From Candidatus Dojkabacteria bacterium (GTDB lineage: Bacteria > Patescibacteriota > Dojkabacteria > JAFGLO01), in the NCBI GenBank assembly GCA_016927995.1, contig JAFGLO010000007.1, positions 17,467 through 81,466 on the forward strand: a DNA stretch of 64,000 nucleotides, in the 5' to 3' direction. Positions 17,904 to 26,870 of the stretch are shown piece by piece. The notes under the pieces are model-generated. The model had not been told where the DNA came from, did no database searches, and saw nothing but the letters and a program-made list of their open reading frames with translations. Made by a program: the position numbers and the translations under genes. Within the stretch, counting starts at the first letter, position 1. The number at the start of each line of letters is the position of its first letter.

Positions 17904-18605
17904 ATGAGCACAAAAGGTAAACTATTTTTAATCCCTAAAGACATAGGAGGAGATCCCATAACCTCAATTCCCGATCACACCAAGGAAAATATTAGAAATA
18001 TAAACACATTTATAGTCGAAGATATAAGAACCGCACGTAGATTTCTTGCTGCACTTTCTATAAAGGTTCAATCCAAAACATTTATCCCTTGGGGGAAACA
18101 TGCAGATAAATCAGATGCCAAGGGGCTTTTAAATCCACTATCTCTTGGAGAAAATATTGGAATAATATCGGAATCAGGTTGCCCCGCAATAGCGGATCCA
18201 GGGAAAAACATTGTATTGGAGGCTCATAGAGCAGGGTACCAGGTTGTTCCGCTTATTGGTCCATCATCAATATTTCTTGCACTTATGGCTTCGGGACTAA
18301 ACGGTCAGAATTTTTGCTTTAATGGATATATCCCCAAAGACCCGACTGCTCGAAAATCAAAAATAAAATTGCTGGAAAACTGTTCACAAAGAAATAACCA
18401 AACACAGATTTTTATGGAAACACCGTTTAGAACTCAGCATGTTTTAAATGATTTGCTGTCAGTATGCAGCAACAGTACAAAGCTTTGTTTAGCTGTTGAC
18501 ATTACAACATCTACGGAAGTTATAAAAACAATGCCGATAGGGGAATGGAAAAAGTTAATCCCTAACATCCACAAAAAGCTAGTAATCTATCTTATCGGCC
18601 AATAA
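17904..18605 (+). CDS. RsmI-like tetrapyrrole-methylase-family SAM methyltransferase
   Basis: IISESGCPAIADPG, PLIGPSSIFLALMASG, IFMETPFR. Confidence 0.88.
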   Translation: MSTKGKLFLIPKDIGGDPITSIPDHTKENIRNINTFIVEDIRTARRFLAALSIKVQSKTFIPWGKHADKSDAKGLLNPLSLGENIGIISESGCPAIADPGKNIVLEAHRAGYQVVPLIGPSSIFLALMASGLNGQNFCFNGYIPKDPTARKSKIKLLENCSQRNNQTQIFMETPFRTQHVLNDLLSVCSNSTKLCLAVDITTSTEVIKTMPIGEWKKLIPNIHKKLVIYLIGQ

Positions 18606-18630
18606 ACCTCACTTAATAAAAAGCCTAAAA

Positions 18631-19359
18631 ATGTCAGAAAACTCCCAAAACAACAAAAGTATCACACGACTTTCAATCATCCTCTTACCGCTCTTGATTG
18701 CAACAGGCACGACTATTTTTATTCTCACAAGACCCAAGAATAACCCGAATACTGAAAACCAAGAAATTCAGGAAACGGAAGATCCGGAAAAAGATGAGTC
18801 CGAGACAATCACAAATATTCCGGAGGTCACATTTTTATCAAGTACCGAAGCATATGTAAAACTTCTCGAATCAGCAAAAGCCTGGGCACCCGACGCCCAA
18901 ATAAGCATGCTGCAGGCGGTAACTGAATCTGTTGAACAAGCAAATTCTAGAGAGTTTTATGGCGCAACCGCAGGTAAATATAACTTCTGGAGTGCAAATA
19001 TTTATTCTGCTAGCAAAGCCGAGATCAGTACAGTAATACTAAAAAACAATGTGATGGAGGTTCAAGCCGGCGTTTCGATATATGAAAGTCTTACAGCTAT
19101 CTACGAAGACCAGCCATATATAACAGATATTTCAGCCTTTGTCTCTTCTGAAACCGTTTATACTACGGCAAAAGCAGCAGGATTGGACAATGAAAATAAC
19201 ATATACGATATATACCTAATGTACGACAAGACAACGGAGAAGTGGGTGTTTAGGGTTGACGAAAAAAGTAAAACCGAACTAGACGAATATGATTGTCCCT
19301 TTTCGGTAAAATATTACTTTGTCGACGCCGTAAGCGGGAATCTAATAGAAGAAGATTAG
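18631..19359 (+). CDS. Membrane-anchored acidic hypothetical protein (PepSY-like C-terminus)
   Basis: N-terminal TM helix, acidic linker, C-terminal YFVDAVSGNLI. Confidence 0.65.
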   Translation: MSENSQNNKSITRLSIILLPLLIATGTTIFILTRPKNNPNTENQEIQETEDPEKDESETITNIPEVTFLSSTEAYVKLLESAKAWAPDAQISMLQAVTESVEQANSREFYGATAGKYNFWSANIYSASKAEISTVILKNNVMEVQAGVSIYESLTAIYEDQPYITDISAFVSSETVYTTAKAAGLDNENNIYDIYLMYDKTTEKWVFRVDEKSKTELDEYDCPFSVKYYFVDAVSGNLIEED

Positions 19360-19368
19360 CGGACTTTA

Positions 19369-19752
19369 TTATTCAAGTCTATTATCAGTACAAATATCAA
19401 GATCATCAATTTCGTAATAGAAACAACCATCACGACGATTGCAATTATCCTTATTTAAAACATCACAAGGAACAGAGTCTCGTTCCCACATAAGGTTTCC
19501 AAGATTATCAAAGGTTAGCTCATTTAATTGATACCAAACATTGTATTTTGAAAAAATCTGTTTTTTTATCAACATATCAACTCCCCCAAGTATCGGGAAA
19601 AAGATAAGAATAATTACAAAACTCGAGATATAAATATGGATTCTTCTTGCATTTCGTTTAAGTAAAAATCGAACAACAATAAAAATTAAAAATCCTGACA
19701 GAAAAATTGTTATTGTAGTTGCCAGAACAACAACCGTTGTTGAGTAATCCAT
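19369..19752 (-). CDS. Two-TM hypothetical protein with Cys-rich tail
   Basis: Two hydrophobic helices and four C-terminal Cys. Confidence 0.6.
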   Translation of the reverse strand: MDYSTTVVVLATTITIFLSGFLIFIVVRFLLKRNARRIHIYISSFVIILIFFPILGGVDMLIKKQIFSKYNVWYQLNELTFDNLGNLMWERDSVPCDVLNKDNCNRRDGCFYYEIDDLDICTDNRLE

Positions 19753-19833
19753 GCCGGTATTTTAACACCAATTAACTGGCGATAAAACCCAAACCGCTTT
19801 ATAATAGCCTGCTTAATATTTCACAATATACAA

Positions 19834-20631
19834 ATGACAATCATTCAAGCCATTGTCTTAGGAATTATCCAAGGAATCACCGAACTTCTACCAATATCAA
19901 GTTCAGGACATTTGGCACTTGTACCCAAACTTTTAGGCTGGGAAGTTCAAAGTATCGTGTTTGACGAATTTGTGCATATGGCAAGTTTCCTAGCCATTTT
20001 AATCTTCTTCTGGAAAGATCTTTGGAAAATAGCTACTGACACAATTAAATCACTCGGCAAATTGCCGAAATTTTTTAATTCGATGGGGTTTAAACTTGTA
20101 ATTGCCACAATTCCAACACTCATTGTAGGAGTTCTATTTAAAGACAAAATCGAAGAGCTAACCGGCAACCATGTTGTTATTGCCATATCACTTATCTCCC
20201 TTGGTATAGTCTTTTTGTTTATTGAAACCCTAGTAAAAAACAATAAAAAAATACTCGACCAGGTATCCGTAAAAGACTCACTAGTCGTTGGACTTGCACA
20301 ACCGATTGCACTTATTCGAGGTGTATCCAGATCAGGCGTAACAATAACTGCAGGACTTTTCAGTGGGCTCACAAAGGAGTCGGCAGCCAGATTCTCGTTT
20401 TACATGTCGGCGGTTGTTATGGCAGCATTATCGGTTAAAGGTGTTTACGATATTTTTACTCACCCAAATTCCGAGACCTTGCTAGTCATAATCGTCGGAT
20501 CTATTGCCTCGTTTTTATCAAGCCTTCTTGCGATAAAGCTTTTATTCGTAGCAATGAAAACCAACACATTTAAATGGTTTGGCATTTATCGAATAATTCT
20601 CGGGATTATTACATTACTCCTTCTTTCGTAG
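19834..20631 (+). CDS. uppP: Undecaprenyl-diphosphate phosphatase
   Basis: LGIIQGITELLPISSSGHL, GVSRSGVTI, ARFSF, FGIYRI. Confidence 0.95.
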   Translation: MTIIQAIVLGIIQGITELLPISSSGHLALVPKLLGWEVQSIVFDEFVHMASFLAILIFFWKDLWKIATDTIKSLGKLPKFFNSMGFKLVIATIPTLIVGVLFKDKIEELTGNHVVIAISLISLGIVFLFIETLVKNNKKILDQVSVKDSLVVGLAQPIALIRGVSRSGVTITAGLFSGLTKESAARFSFYMSAVVMAALSVKGVYDIFTHPNSETLLVIIVGSIASFLSSLLAIKLLFVAMKTNTFKWFGIYRIILGIITLLLLS

Positions 20632-20653
20632 ACGGGTCTAGACCTGTCTCTAC
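20628..20653. repeat. Uninterrupted TCTAGA-core REP palindrome overlapping the uppP stop
   Basis: GTAGACGGG-TCTAGA-CCTGTCTCTAC. Confidence 0.8.
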
Positions 20654-20708
20654 GGATTGTATATAATGACAACATAATTAGACGTCGTTTATTTTATTCC
20701 TGCTGCCC

Positions 20709-22793
20709 ATGTTAAGCTCACTCCTAAAACCCAAATCCGTTGCAATAATTGGGGCATCACGCAATCCATCAAAAATTGGCTCGCGCGTATTAAAAAACAT
20801 AATTTCCGGCGGGTTTGAGGGAGATGTATATCCTGTAAATCCTGAAGCAGAGACAATACAAGGAATAACAGCCTTTGCCTCAGTATCAGATATTCCAACC
20901 ATTCCGGATATTGCAGTAATCGTTATTCCGGCAGAATATGTGCCCACGGCAGTCGAGGAATGTGTAAAAAAACAAGTACCAAACATAATTGTTATAACCG
21001 CAGGTTTCTCTGAAACAGGAAAGCATGGTGCATTTTTGGAGGAACAGGTAAAAGAGCGGCTCAAAGACTCAAATACCCGGCTTCTTGGGGTGAACTGTCT
21101 TGGGCTTATTACTCAACGCTCAAAACTTAATGCCTCGTTTGCATCATTCATGCCAAATGATGGAAATGTAGCATTTTTGTCACAATCCGGAGCATTTGGA
21201 ACATCAATCCTTGATTGGACTGCAACTTTCAACGTTGGAGTAAAGTATTTTATCTCACTGGGAAATAAAACAGATCTTACAGAAACCGATTTTTTGGAAA
21301 ATTTTCGAGATGAAGAAGCAATAAAATGCATTGCACTATACCTAGAAGACATCGAAGACGGTCGGAGATTTGCCTCACTTGTACGAAGTATATCACCTTA
21401 TAAACCGATTATTCTTTTAAAGCCCGGAAAATCTAAGGAAAGTAAAAGTGCAATCTCTTCGCATACCGGAAGTATGGTAGGGGACATAGAAATTGCCAAA
21501 CAAGCCGCAAAGCAAAACGGTATAATCGAAGTTTCGACAATGCGTGAGCTTTTTAATATGGCCCGCTTTGTATCGTGGAACGAAATTACCGAAACCCAAA
21601 GAGTTGCAATTGTAACAAATGCCGGAGGACCGGCAGCACATACTACCGATGTTTTAGTAGAAGCTTCACTTACCCTTGCCAAACTTTCAGAAGAAACAAA
21701 AAAGAACCTAAAAAAGATTTTACCAACCGCCGCAAGCGTGAAAAATCCTGTAGATCTTTTGGGTGATGCACCTGCCAAACGGTATGAAGATGCCCTTAAC
21801 CTTGTATTTAAAGATCCGAATGTTGATTCAATCATTGTTGTCCTAACTCCTCAGGCAATGACTCAAATTCCCGAAACGGCCAACGCCATAAGCAAAATAA
21901 TTGAGCAAACCACAAAACCGATTCTTACTTCATTTATTGGCGGAGCCCAGGTAATAAAAGGCTTAAACGTCCTTGAAAAGCGAAACATTCCCTGTTTTGA
22001 ATTTCCAGAAGATGCAGTTTCAGTACTTACACACATTAATAACTACCAAATCCAAAAAAATAAAATACTTGCCTCAAATTATCCGTCGGACAAAAAAGAA
22101 AATCAGGAGAAATACTTAAAGATCCGTGCTATTCTACAAAAAGTGGCTGTAGTCTCCCATGTAGTTCCGGTAACTATATCAAATGAAATCTTTAAAACCC
22201 TAGGAATAAAAATTCCCGATTACATAACGGTAAACTCTTCCGAAGAAGCAATCTCTTTTGGAAGCACACATAAATCAATCGTACTTAAGCTTGATTCTCC
22301 TCAGATTGTACATAAGACAGAGTTCTCCGCAGTCAAAATAGGGCTGGATACCCCCGAAAAAATTGCTACTGCATTTTCAGAATTAACAAATACAGCTAAC
22401 TCCGAAATGATTTCAAACCATACAATAATGGCTCAGAAGCAGATTTTAAACGGTCTTGAAACAATTCTGGGCGTAAAGATCGACACAAACTTTGGTCCTA
22501 CAATAATGTTCGGATCAGGTGGAGTTACAACAGAGTTATTCCACGATATATCACAAAGTGTAGCTCCGGTATCAAACAAAGATATTTTGGATATGGTAAC
22601 TTCACCAAAAGTTTACAAACTAATAAAAGGCTTTAGAGGAAAACCCGGGTACGATATAAAAGAGCTTTTAAAAACAATAATAATCCTCAACAACCTTGTC
22701 CTAAATGTTCCGGAAATAAAAGAAATCGAGATTAACCCAATGATCCTAACCAGAGAAAGCGGGTATGCAGTCGATATACGATGTATTGTATAA
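20709..22793 (+). CDS. Acetate--CoA ligase (ADP-forming), fused alpha/beta
   Basis: PKSVAIIGAS, SQSGA, SHTGS, TNAGG, NPVDLLGD, VHKTE, FGSGG, EINP; no GNAT domain. Confidence 0.92.
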   Translation: MLSSLLKPKSVAIIGASRNPSKIGSRVLKNIISGGFEGDVYPVNPEAETIQGITAFASVSDIPTIPDIAVIVIPAEYVPTAVEECVKKQVPNIIVITAGFSETGKHGAFLEEQVKERLKDSNTRLLGVNCLGLITQRSKLNASFASFMPNDGNVAFLSQSGAFGTSILDWTATFNVGVKYFISLGNKTDLTETDFLENFRDEEAIKCIALYLEDIEDGRRFASLVRSISPYKPIILLKPGKSKESKSAISSHTGSMVGDIEIAKQAAKQNGIIEVSTMRELFNMARFVSWNEITETQRVAIVTNAGGPAAHTTDVLVEASLTLAKLSEETKKNLKKILPTAASVKNPVDLLGDAPAKRYEDALNLVFKDPNVDSIIVVLTPQAMTQIPETANAISKIIEQTTKPILTSFIGGAQVIKGLNVLEKRNIPCFEFPEDAVSVLTHINNYQIQKNKILASNYPSDKKENQEKYLKIRAILQKVAVVSHVVPVTISNEIFKTLGIKIPDYITVNSSEEAISFGSTHKSIVLKLDSPQIVHKTEFSAVKIGLDTPEKIATAFSELTNTANSEMISNHTIMAQKQILNGLETILGVKIDTNFGPTIMFGSGGVTTELFHDISQSVAPVSNKDILDMVTSPKVYKLIKGFRGKPGYDIKELLKTIIILNNLVLNVPEIKEIEINPMILTRESGYAVDIRCIV

Positions 22794-22802
22794 TACAGGA
22801 TA

Positions 22803-23375
22803 ATGAAAAAGTTTTTTGATAGAATTACAGATAGATACATTAAATTTTATTATCCCGTTGCCAAAGTATTTATATCAATCTTAATTGTTTTGTTCTCTAT
22901 TGTCGTTTTTGTTCAGTTAGCAATAATTATCACAAAAGATAAATATCTGTTTGGAGTAAAAATATATGCAGTAGAATCGGAAAGTATGCTACCAACAATT
23001 AAAAAAGGCGACCTTGTAATAATTGATGAAGTATATACATACCACAAAGACGACATAATCACATATACCGATCCAAACGACGAAAATCAAACAATAACTC
23101 ATAGGATCATCAACATTTTCCAGAAAACAAGTGGAGATGAAACCTTTGTAACGAAGGGCGATAATAACGAAATTCAAGACCCGTTTCAGGTTACAAAAGA
23201 GATGATTCAAGGAAAGGTGATAAAAATTATTCCGGCAATAGGTAATTGGGCACTTTTTAGCAGAAGCGTCATTGGAATAATTCTTTTACTAATAATTCCT
23301 GCCACAATGCTTCTTACGCTTAACGCAGTAAGTATTTTTTCCTGGATAAAAGCCAGATATGTAAATAATACGTAA
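22803..23375 (+). CDS. Signal peptidase I, SipW/ER-type (S26B)
   Basis: SESMLPTIKKGD, ITHRI (His base), TKGDNN; TM helices at both ends. Confidence 0.9.
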   Translation: MKKFFDRITDRYIKFYYPVAKVFISILIVLFSIVVFVQLAIIITKDKYLFGVKIYAVESESMLPTIKKGDLVIIDEVYTYHKDDIITYTDPNDENQTITHRIINIFQKTSGDETFVTKGDNNEIQDPFQVTKEMIQGKVIKIIPAIGNWALFSRSVIGIILLLIIPATMLLTLNAVSIFSWIKARYVNNT

Positions 23376-23382
23376 CCTCTTA

Positions 23383-23436
23383 TAACCCCCGTAAACCCCA
23401 TAACCCCCGTAAACCCCGTAACCCCCGTAAACCCCG
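23383..23436. repeat. 9-bp tandem repeat x6
   Basis: taa(c/a)cccc(g/a) repeated six times directly before a REP. Confidence 0.9.
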
Positions 23437-23438
23437 TA

Positions 23439-23656
23439 GTAGGGACAGGTCTAGACCGACACCCATGTATAGAAGTTGGTAATAGTATCCACTTTTGATT
23501 AACACGACGAAAGTCTAGATAACCCATATTCTACGTATGACTACAAAAAAAATGATTCGATAGAAACACAGCTTGCGCACACCCGCACCCCCATTCGCCA
23601 AAACTCTCATTCACCAGCATGTCTACGCAACCGTGTCGGTCTAGACCTGTCCCTAC
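23439..23656. mobile_element. GTAG-type REP palindrome interrupted by a 184-bp MITE-like insert (copy 2)
   Basis: GTAGGGACAGG-TCTAGA-[CCGACAC...GTGTCGG, 23456-23639]-TCTAGA-CCTGTCCCTAC. Confidence 0.82.
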
Positions 23657-23702
23657 GGAAAATGATACGGAAAATGGCACGGAAAATGGCACGGAAAACG
23701 AT
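23655..23702. repeat. 12-bp tandem repeat x4
   Basis: acggaaaa(t/c)g(at/gc) repeated four times directly after the REP. Confidence 0.9.
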
Positions 23703-23781
23703 ACCAAAAAATCTTGTTACTTTTGGTATAACCCAACGTATTCCTATATGTAAGAGTTATCTAATTTAAATAAAATAATTA

Positions 23782-24438
23782 ATGAAAAAACTCTTTACCG
23801 TCCTAACAACCATGGGGCTTTTAGCCTCGTTGGTATTTGGGACAACTAAGGCCGCCAGCGGGGATTATACTTGGGGTACTGGCTCCATTGTAATAAGTGA
23901 GAATGGACCAGCACTAGTTAATTCAAATCTCCAAGTGGCAGTAAGTGATACTTCAAATTACGAGTACTACAGGCAAGGTGACGCTATTGGTTACCAAAAA
24001 ACAGGTTTAAATCTTGGCTCAAAGGAGCTTATTCCTGGTGGGCAAACAGAATTTTACGTGTACTTGCGAAATGCACCTGATGTTACAGGCGAATGGCAAG
24101 CTCCTGTAGAAGTTGCCACACTCATTTCCCCAATTGGAGCAGGTGAATACGCTGAACACATCCACATAAGAATTGAGCAAACAGCTACAACTCCAGGTGG
24201 CTTTTCTCAGATTATTTATGAAGGAGCTCTGGATGATGCAGTAAATACGCCAAAGCCTAAAAGCTATGTTGGATTCAGTCAGTATGGTGATAATACCGTA
24301 GAATATAAAGTCACATTGAGCATGATTGCAATTAACGGAATTTTTCCACCTACTGATACAGTTGTAAATTATCAAATAGCTTTTTCAAGCACAAACAGTG
24401 CATACAATAATAGTACTCCGGAAATTACCGCTCAGTAA
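23782..24438 (+). CDS. Secreted TasA/CalY-like protein (putative SipW substrate)
   Basis: Signal peptide ending GTTKA, LIPGG..FYVYLRN, IIYEGAL, VEYKVTL; downstream of sipW. Confidence 0.6.
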   Translation: MKKLFTVLTTMGLLASLVFGTTKAASGDYTWGTGSIVISENGPALVNSNLQVAVSDTSNYEYYRQGDAIGYQKTGLNLGSKELIPGGQTEFYVYLRNAPDVTGEWQAPVEVATLISPIGAGEYAEHIHIRIEQTATTPGGFSQIIYEGALDDAVNTPKPKSYVGFSQYGDNTVEYKVTLSMIAINGIFPPTDTVVNYQIAFSSTNSAYNNSTPEITAQ

Positions 24439-24489
24439 ATTAGGGTAGGGCATTTACCTCCTTTCATACCCTCTAAAAGCTAAACTTTA

Positions 24490-24528
24490 AGGGTGCGGTC
24501 CGCCTCTGGTGGACCGCACCCTTTTTTT
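24490..24528 (+). terminator. Rho-independent terminator with a 15-nt palindrome at its apex
   Basis: agggtgcgg-tccgcctctggtgga-ccgcaccct followed by a T run. Confidence 0.85.
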
Positions 24529-24559
24529 ATTACCTTTGTTTAAAATTTAGGGTTTAGGA

Positions 24560-24710
24560 CTAATATCCCGTAATCGCTAATAGCAGCCAGGAAATTACAA
24601 GCCCCAAAGGCGCCGAAGCCAAATTTGCAACCAATGAAATTATTAAAGCTTGCTTGATCTTTATATTTAATAAAAATTTGTACGATAAAGCCTCAGAGAA
24701 GAGCCAAAGT
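24560..24710 (-). pseudogene. C-terminal remnant paralogous to the adjacent membrane protein
   Basis: SEALSYKFLLNIKIKQALIISLVANLASAPL versus TEAIIYKIMMKAEWYKAFGFSILANLVSAPI; N-terminal part missing. Confidence 0.7.
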
Positions 24711-24711
24711 A

Positions 24712-25167
24712 TTAGCTAAAAATCCAATAGAGAAAAGTAGCCGATGGCCCTATAACATACCATATGGGTGCGGATACCAAGTTTGCTAAAATAGAAAAGC
24801 CGAATGCTTTATACCATTCAGCCTTCATCATGATTTTGTAAATTATAGCCTCAGTAACAACAACAAAAATTTCTCCCAGAAGTACGATCTCAAAAAATTT
24901 AAAAAACCAAAGGTATTCCGAAGACATTTCAACATATGTTAAAAAAATAGAGTAAGTTGCAAAATTCATAATTGTAAACAATGTTATAAGTTGAAATGTA
25001 CTATATTCTGTTTTGGTTTTAGAAAAGCGTGTAATAAACAAATAGATAGGGACCTCTATGGTCGCATTTATAAGAATATACAACCAGAACGTAGACAATT
25101 GAGAAAAGAAAAGCCCCATAGAATCCAAAGGTGGCGGAACCATATTACTCACTATTAATTCCCACAT
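24712..25167 (-). CDS. Four-TM hypothetical membrane protein
   Basis: Hydrophobic; IEVP, EIFVVVTEA, ANLVS motifs. Confidence 0.7.
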   Translation of the reverse strand: MWELIVSNMVPPPLDSMGLFFSQLSTFWLYILINATIEVPIYLFITRFSKTKTEYSTFQLITLFTIMNFATYSIFLTYVEMSSEYLWFFKFFEIVLLGEIFVVVTEAIIYKIMMKAEWYKAFGFSILANLVSAPIWYVIGPSATFLYWIFS

Positions 25168-25220
25168 ATCGGTAGATGTGCTAAAATTAGCTATTCTAAA
25201 TAATATACTTTAATCTATAG

Positions 25221-26753
25221 ATGAGCAAGGTTACAACAGGCGATCTAATTGGACAACGAAATCAGCGACTTGCCAAGATTAAAAAGCTAAGAGAATTGGG
25301 AATTAACCCATATCCTGCACGCTCAAATAAAGAGTATAGTAATAATGAAATTGTTGAAAATTACAAAGACTTCGAGGGCAAAACTGTTACATTAACTGGT
25401 CGCATAATGACAAAGCGCGAAATGGGAAAGCTTGCATTTGCAACGATTCAGGACGCATCAGGCAGAATTCAGTTATATATAAAAAAAGATGAAATCAAAC
25501 CACTAGATATTAAAACTCAAACACTTGGATTTTCCGAACTTAAGCTTTTAGATATTGGTGACATTGTAGAAGCCACTGGCGAAGTTACCAAAACACAAAC
25601 AGGCGAAATCTCAATATTAGTTGACACCATTAAGCTTCTAACAAAGGCTATTCGACCCTTACCCGAAAAATGGGCAGGTTTGTCCGATCAGGAAGAAAGA
25701 TTTCGAAGGCGATATCTTGACATGACAATGAATCCTGAAGTTCGCAACCGATTTGTTAAACGTTCCATTTTCTGGCAGGCAGTGCGTGATTTTATGATTC
25801 AAACAGGGTTTGTTGAGATAAATATCCCCATATTAGAGGCTGTAACCGGTGGCGCAGACGCAAAGCCGTTTGTCACCCACTATGATGCATTAGATCAGGC
25901 TTTTTACCTACGAATATCTCACGAGCTTCCTTTAAAGCGGCTACTTGGTGGCGGATATGAAAAGGTATTTGATATTGGTCCTCGATTTAGAAATGAAGGA
26001 ATAGATGCAGAGCATTTACCCGAGCATATTGCAATGGAATTTTACTGGGCTTATGCAGATTTCAAAGAGGGAATGAAGTTTACAAAAGAGCTTTTTAGAT
26101 ACGTTATTAAAAAAACTTTTGGAACCCTAAAGTTTAAAATTCGTGGATTTGACGTTGATTTAAGCAAAGAGTGGGAGGAAAAGGATTTTGGAACACTTCT
26201 AAAAGACCGATTTAACGTTGACATTTACAATGATTCTGTAGAGTCCCTAAAGATTGTACTTAAAAAATCCGGGGGACACGTAGAAAAAGACATGAACAGA
26301 AGCAGGGTAGTGGACAATTTATGGAAAGTAATCCGAAAAGACATTGCCGGTCCCATATTTGTTACTGGAATTCCTAAGTTTTTGTCGCCACTTTCTAAGT
26401 CTGATCCTGAAAGGACTAACATTGTTGAACGATTTTTCCCAATTATTGCAGGAAGTGAGCTTGCTAACGCATTTTCAGAACTCAATGATCCAATAGATCA
26501 GTTCGAACGATTTAAAGAGCAGCAAGACATGCGTGAAGCAGGGGATTCTGAAGCTCAAATGATGGATATTGATTTTGTGGAAATGCTTGAGTACGGAATG
26601 CCTCCTGCATTCGGTTATGGCATGAGCGAGCGAGTCTTTTGGTTCTTCGAAGATGTTACTGCTCGTGAAGGAGTGCCTTTTCCGCAAATGCGAAACGACG
26701 TGGACGAAACCACAAAGAAGATTTACGGGAAGAAATATGTGCTTGCAAAATAA
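25221..26753 (+). CDS. lysS: Lysine--tRNA ligase (class II)
   Basis: GINPYP, RRRYLD, GGADAKPF, FRNEG, ELANAFSELNDP, LEYGMPP. Confidence 0.98.
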   Translation: MSKVTTGDLIGQRNQRLAKIKKLRELGINPYPARSNKEYSNNEIVENYKDFEGKTVTLTGRIMTKREMGKLAFATIQDASGRIQLYIKKDEIKPLDIKTQTLGFSELKLLDIGDIVEATGEVTKTQTGEISILVDTIKLLTKAIRPLPEKWAGLSDQEERFRRRYLDMTMNPEVRNRFVKRSIFWQAVRDFMIQTGFVEINIPILEAVTGGADAKPFVTHYDALDQAFYLRISHELPLKRLLGGGYEKVFDIGPRFRNEGIDAEHLPEHIAMEFYWAYADFKEGMKFTKELFRYVIKKTFGTLKFKIRGFDVDLSKEWEEKDFGTLLKDRFNVDIYNDSVESLKIVLKKSGGHVEKDMNRSRVVDNLWKVIRKDIAGPIFVTGIPKFLSPLSKSDPERTNIVERFFPIIAGSELANAFSELNDPIDQFERFKEQQDMREAGDSEAQMMDIDFVEMLEYGMPPAFGYGMSERVFWFFEDVTAREGVPFPQMRNDVDETTKKIYGKKYVLAK

Positions 26754-26761
26754 TGATTTCC

Positions 26762-26790
26762 GTAGGGGCGGGTTTAAACCGGCATAGGGT
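26762..26790 (+). repeat. Left half of a TTTAAA-core REP joined to an element-like end
   Basis: GTAGGGGCGGG-TTTAAA-CCGGCAT; no right arm found. Confidence 0.6.
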
Positions 26791-26870
26791 TACAACAAGG
26801 AAAAATCCATGTCATTTTACCCACAACCATTTTCGATATATAATGGATTGTTAATCTTAATAAATCACTT

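Noticed and set aside
23207-23527. 106-aa ORF with TGFTGV repeats
   Set aside because: It is an antisense translation of the 9-bp repeat, the REP and the sipW gene
23383-23702. CRISPR array
   Set aside because: The repeats are contiguous 9- and 12-mers with no unique spacers, and there are no cas genes in the window
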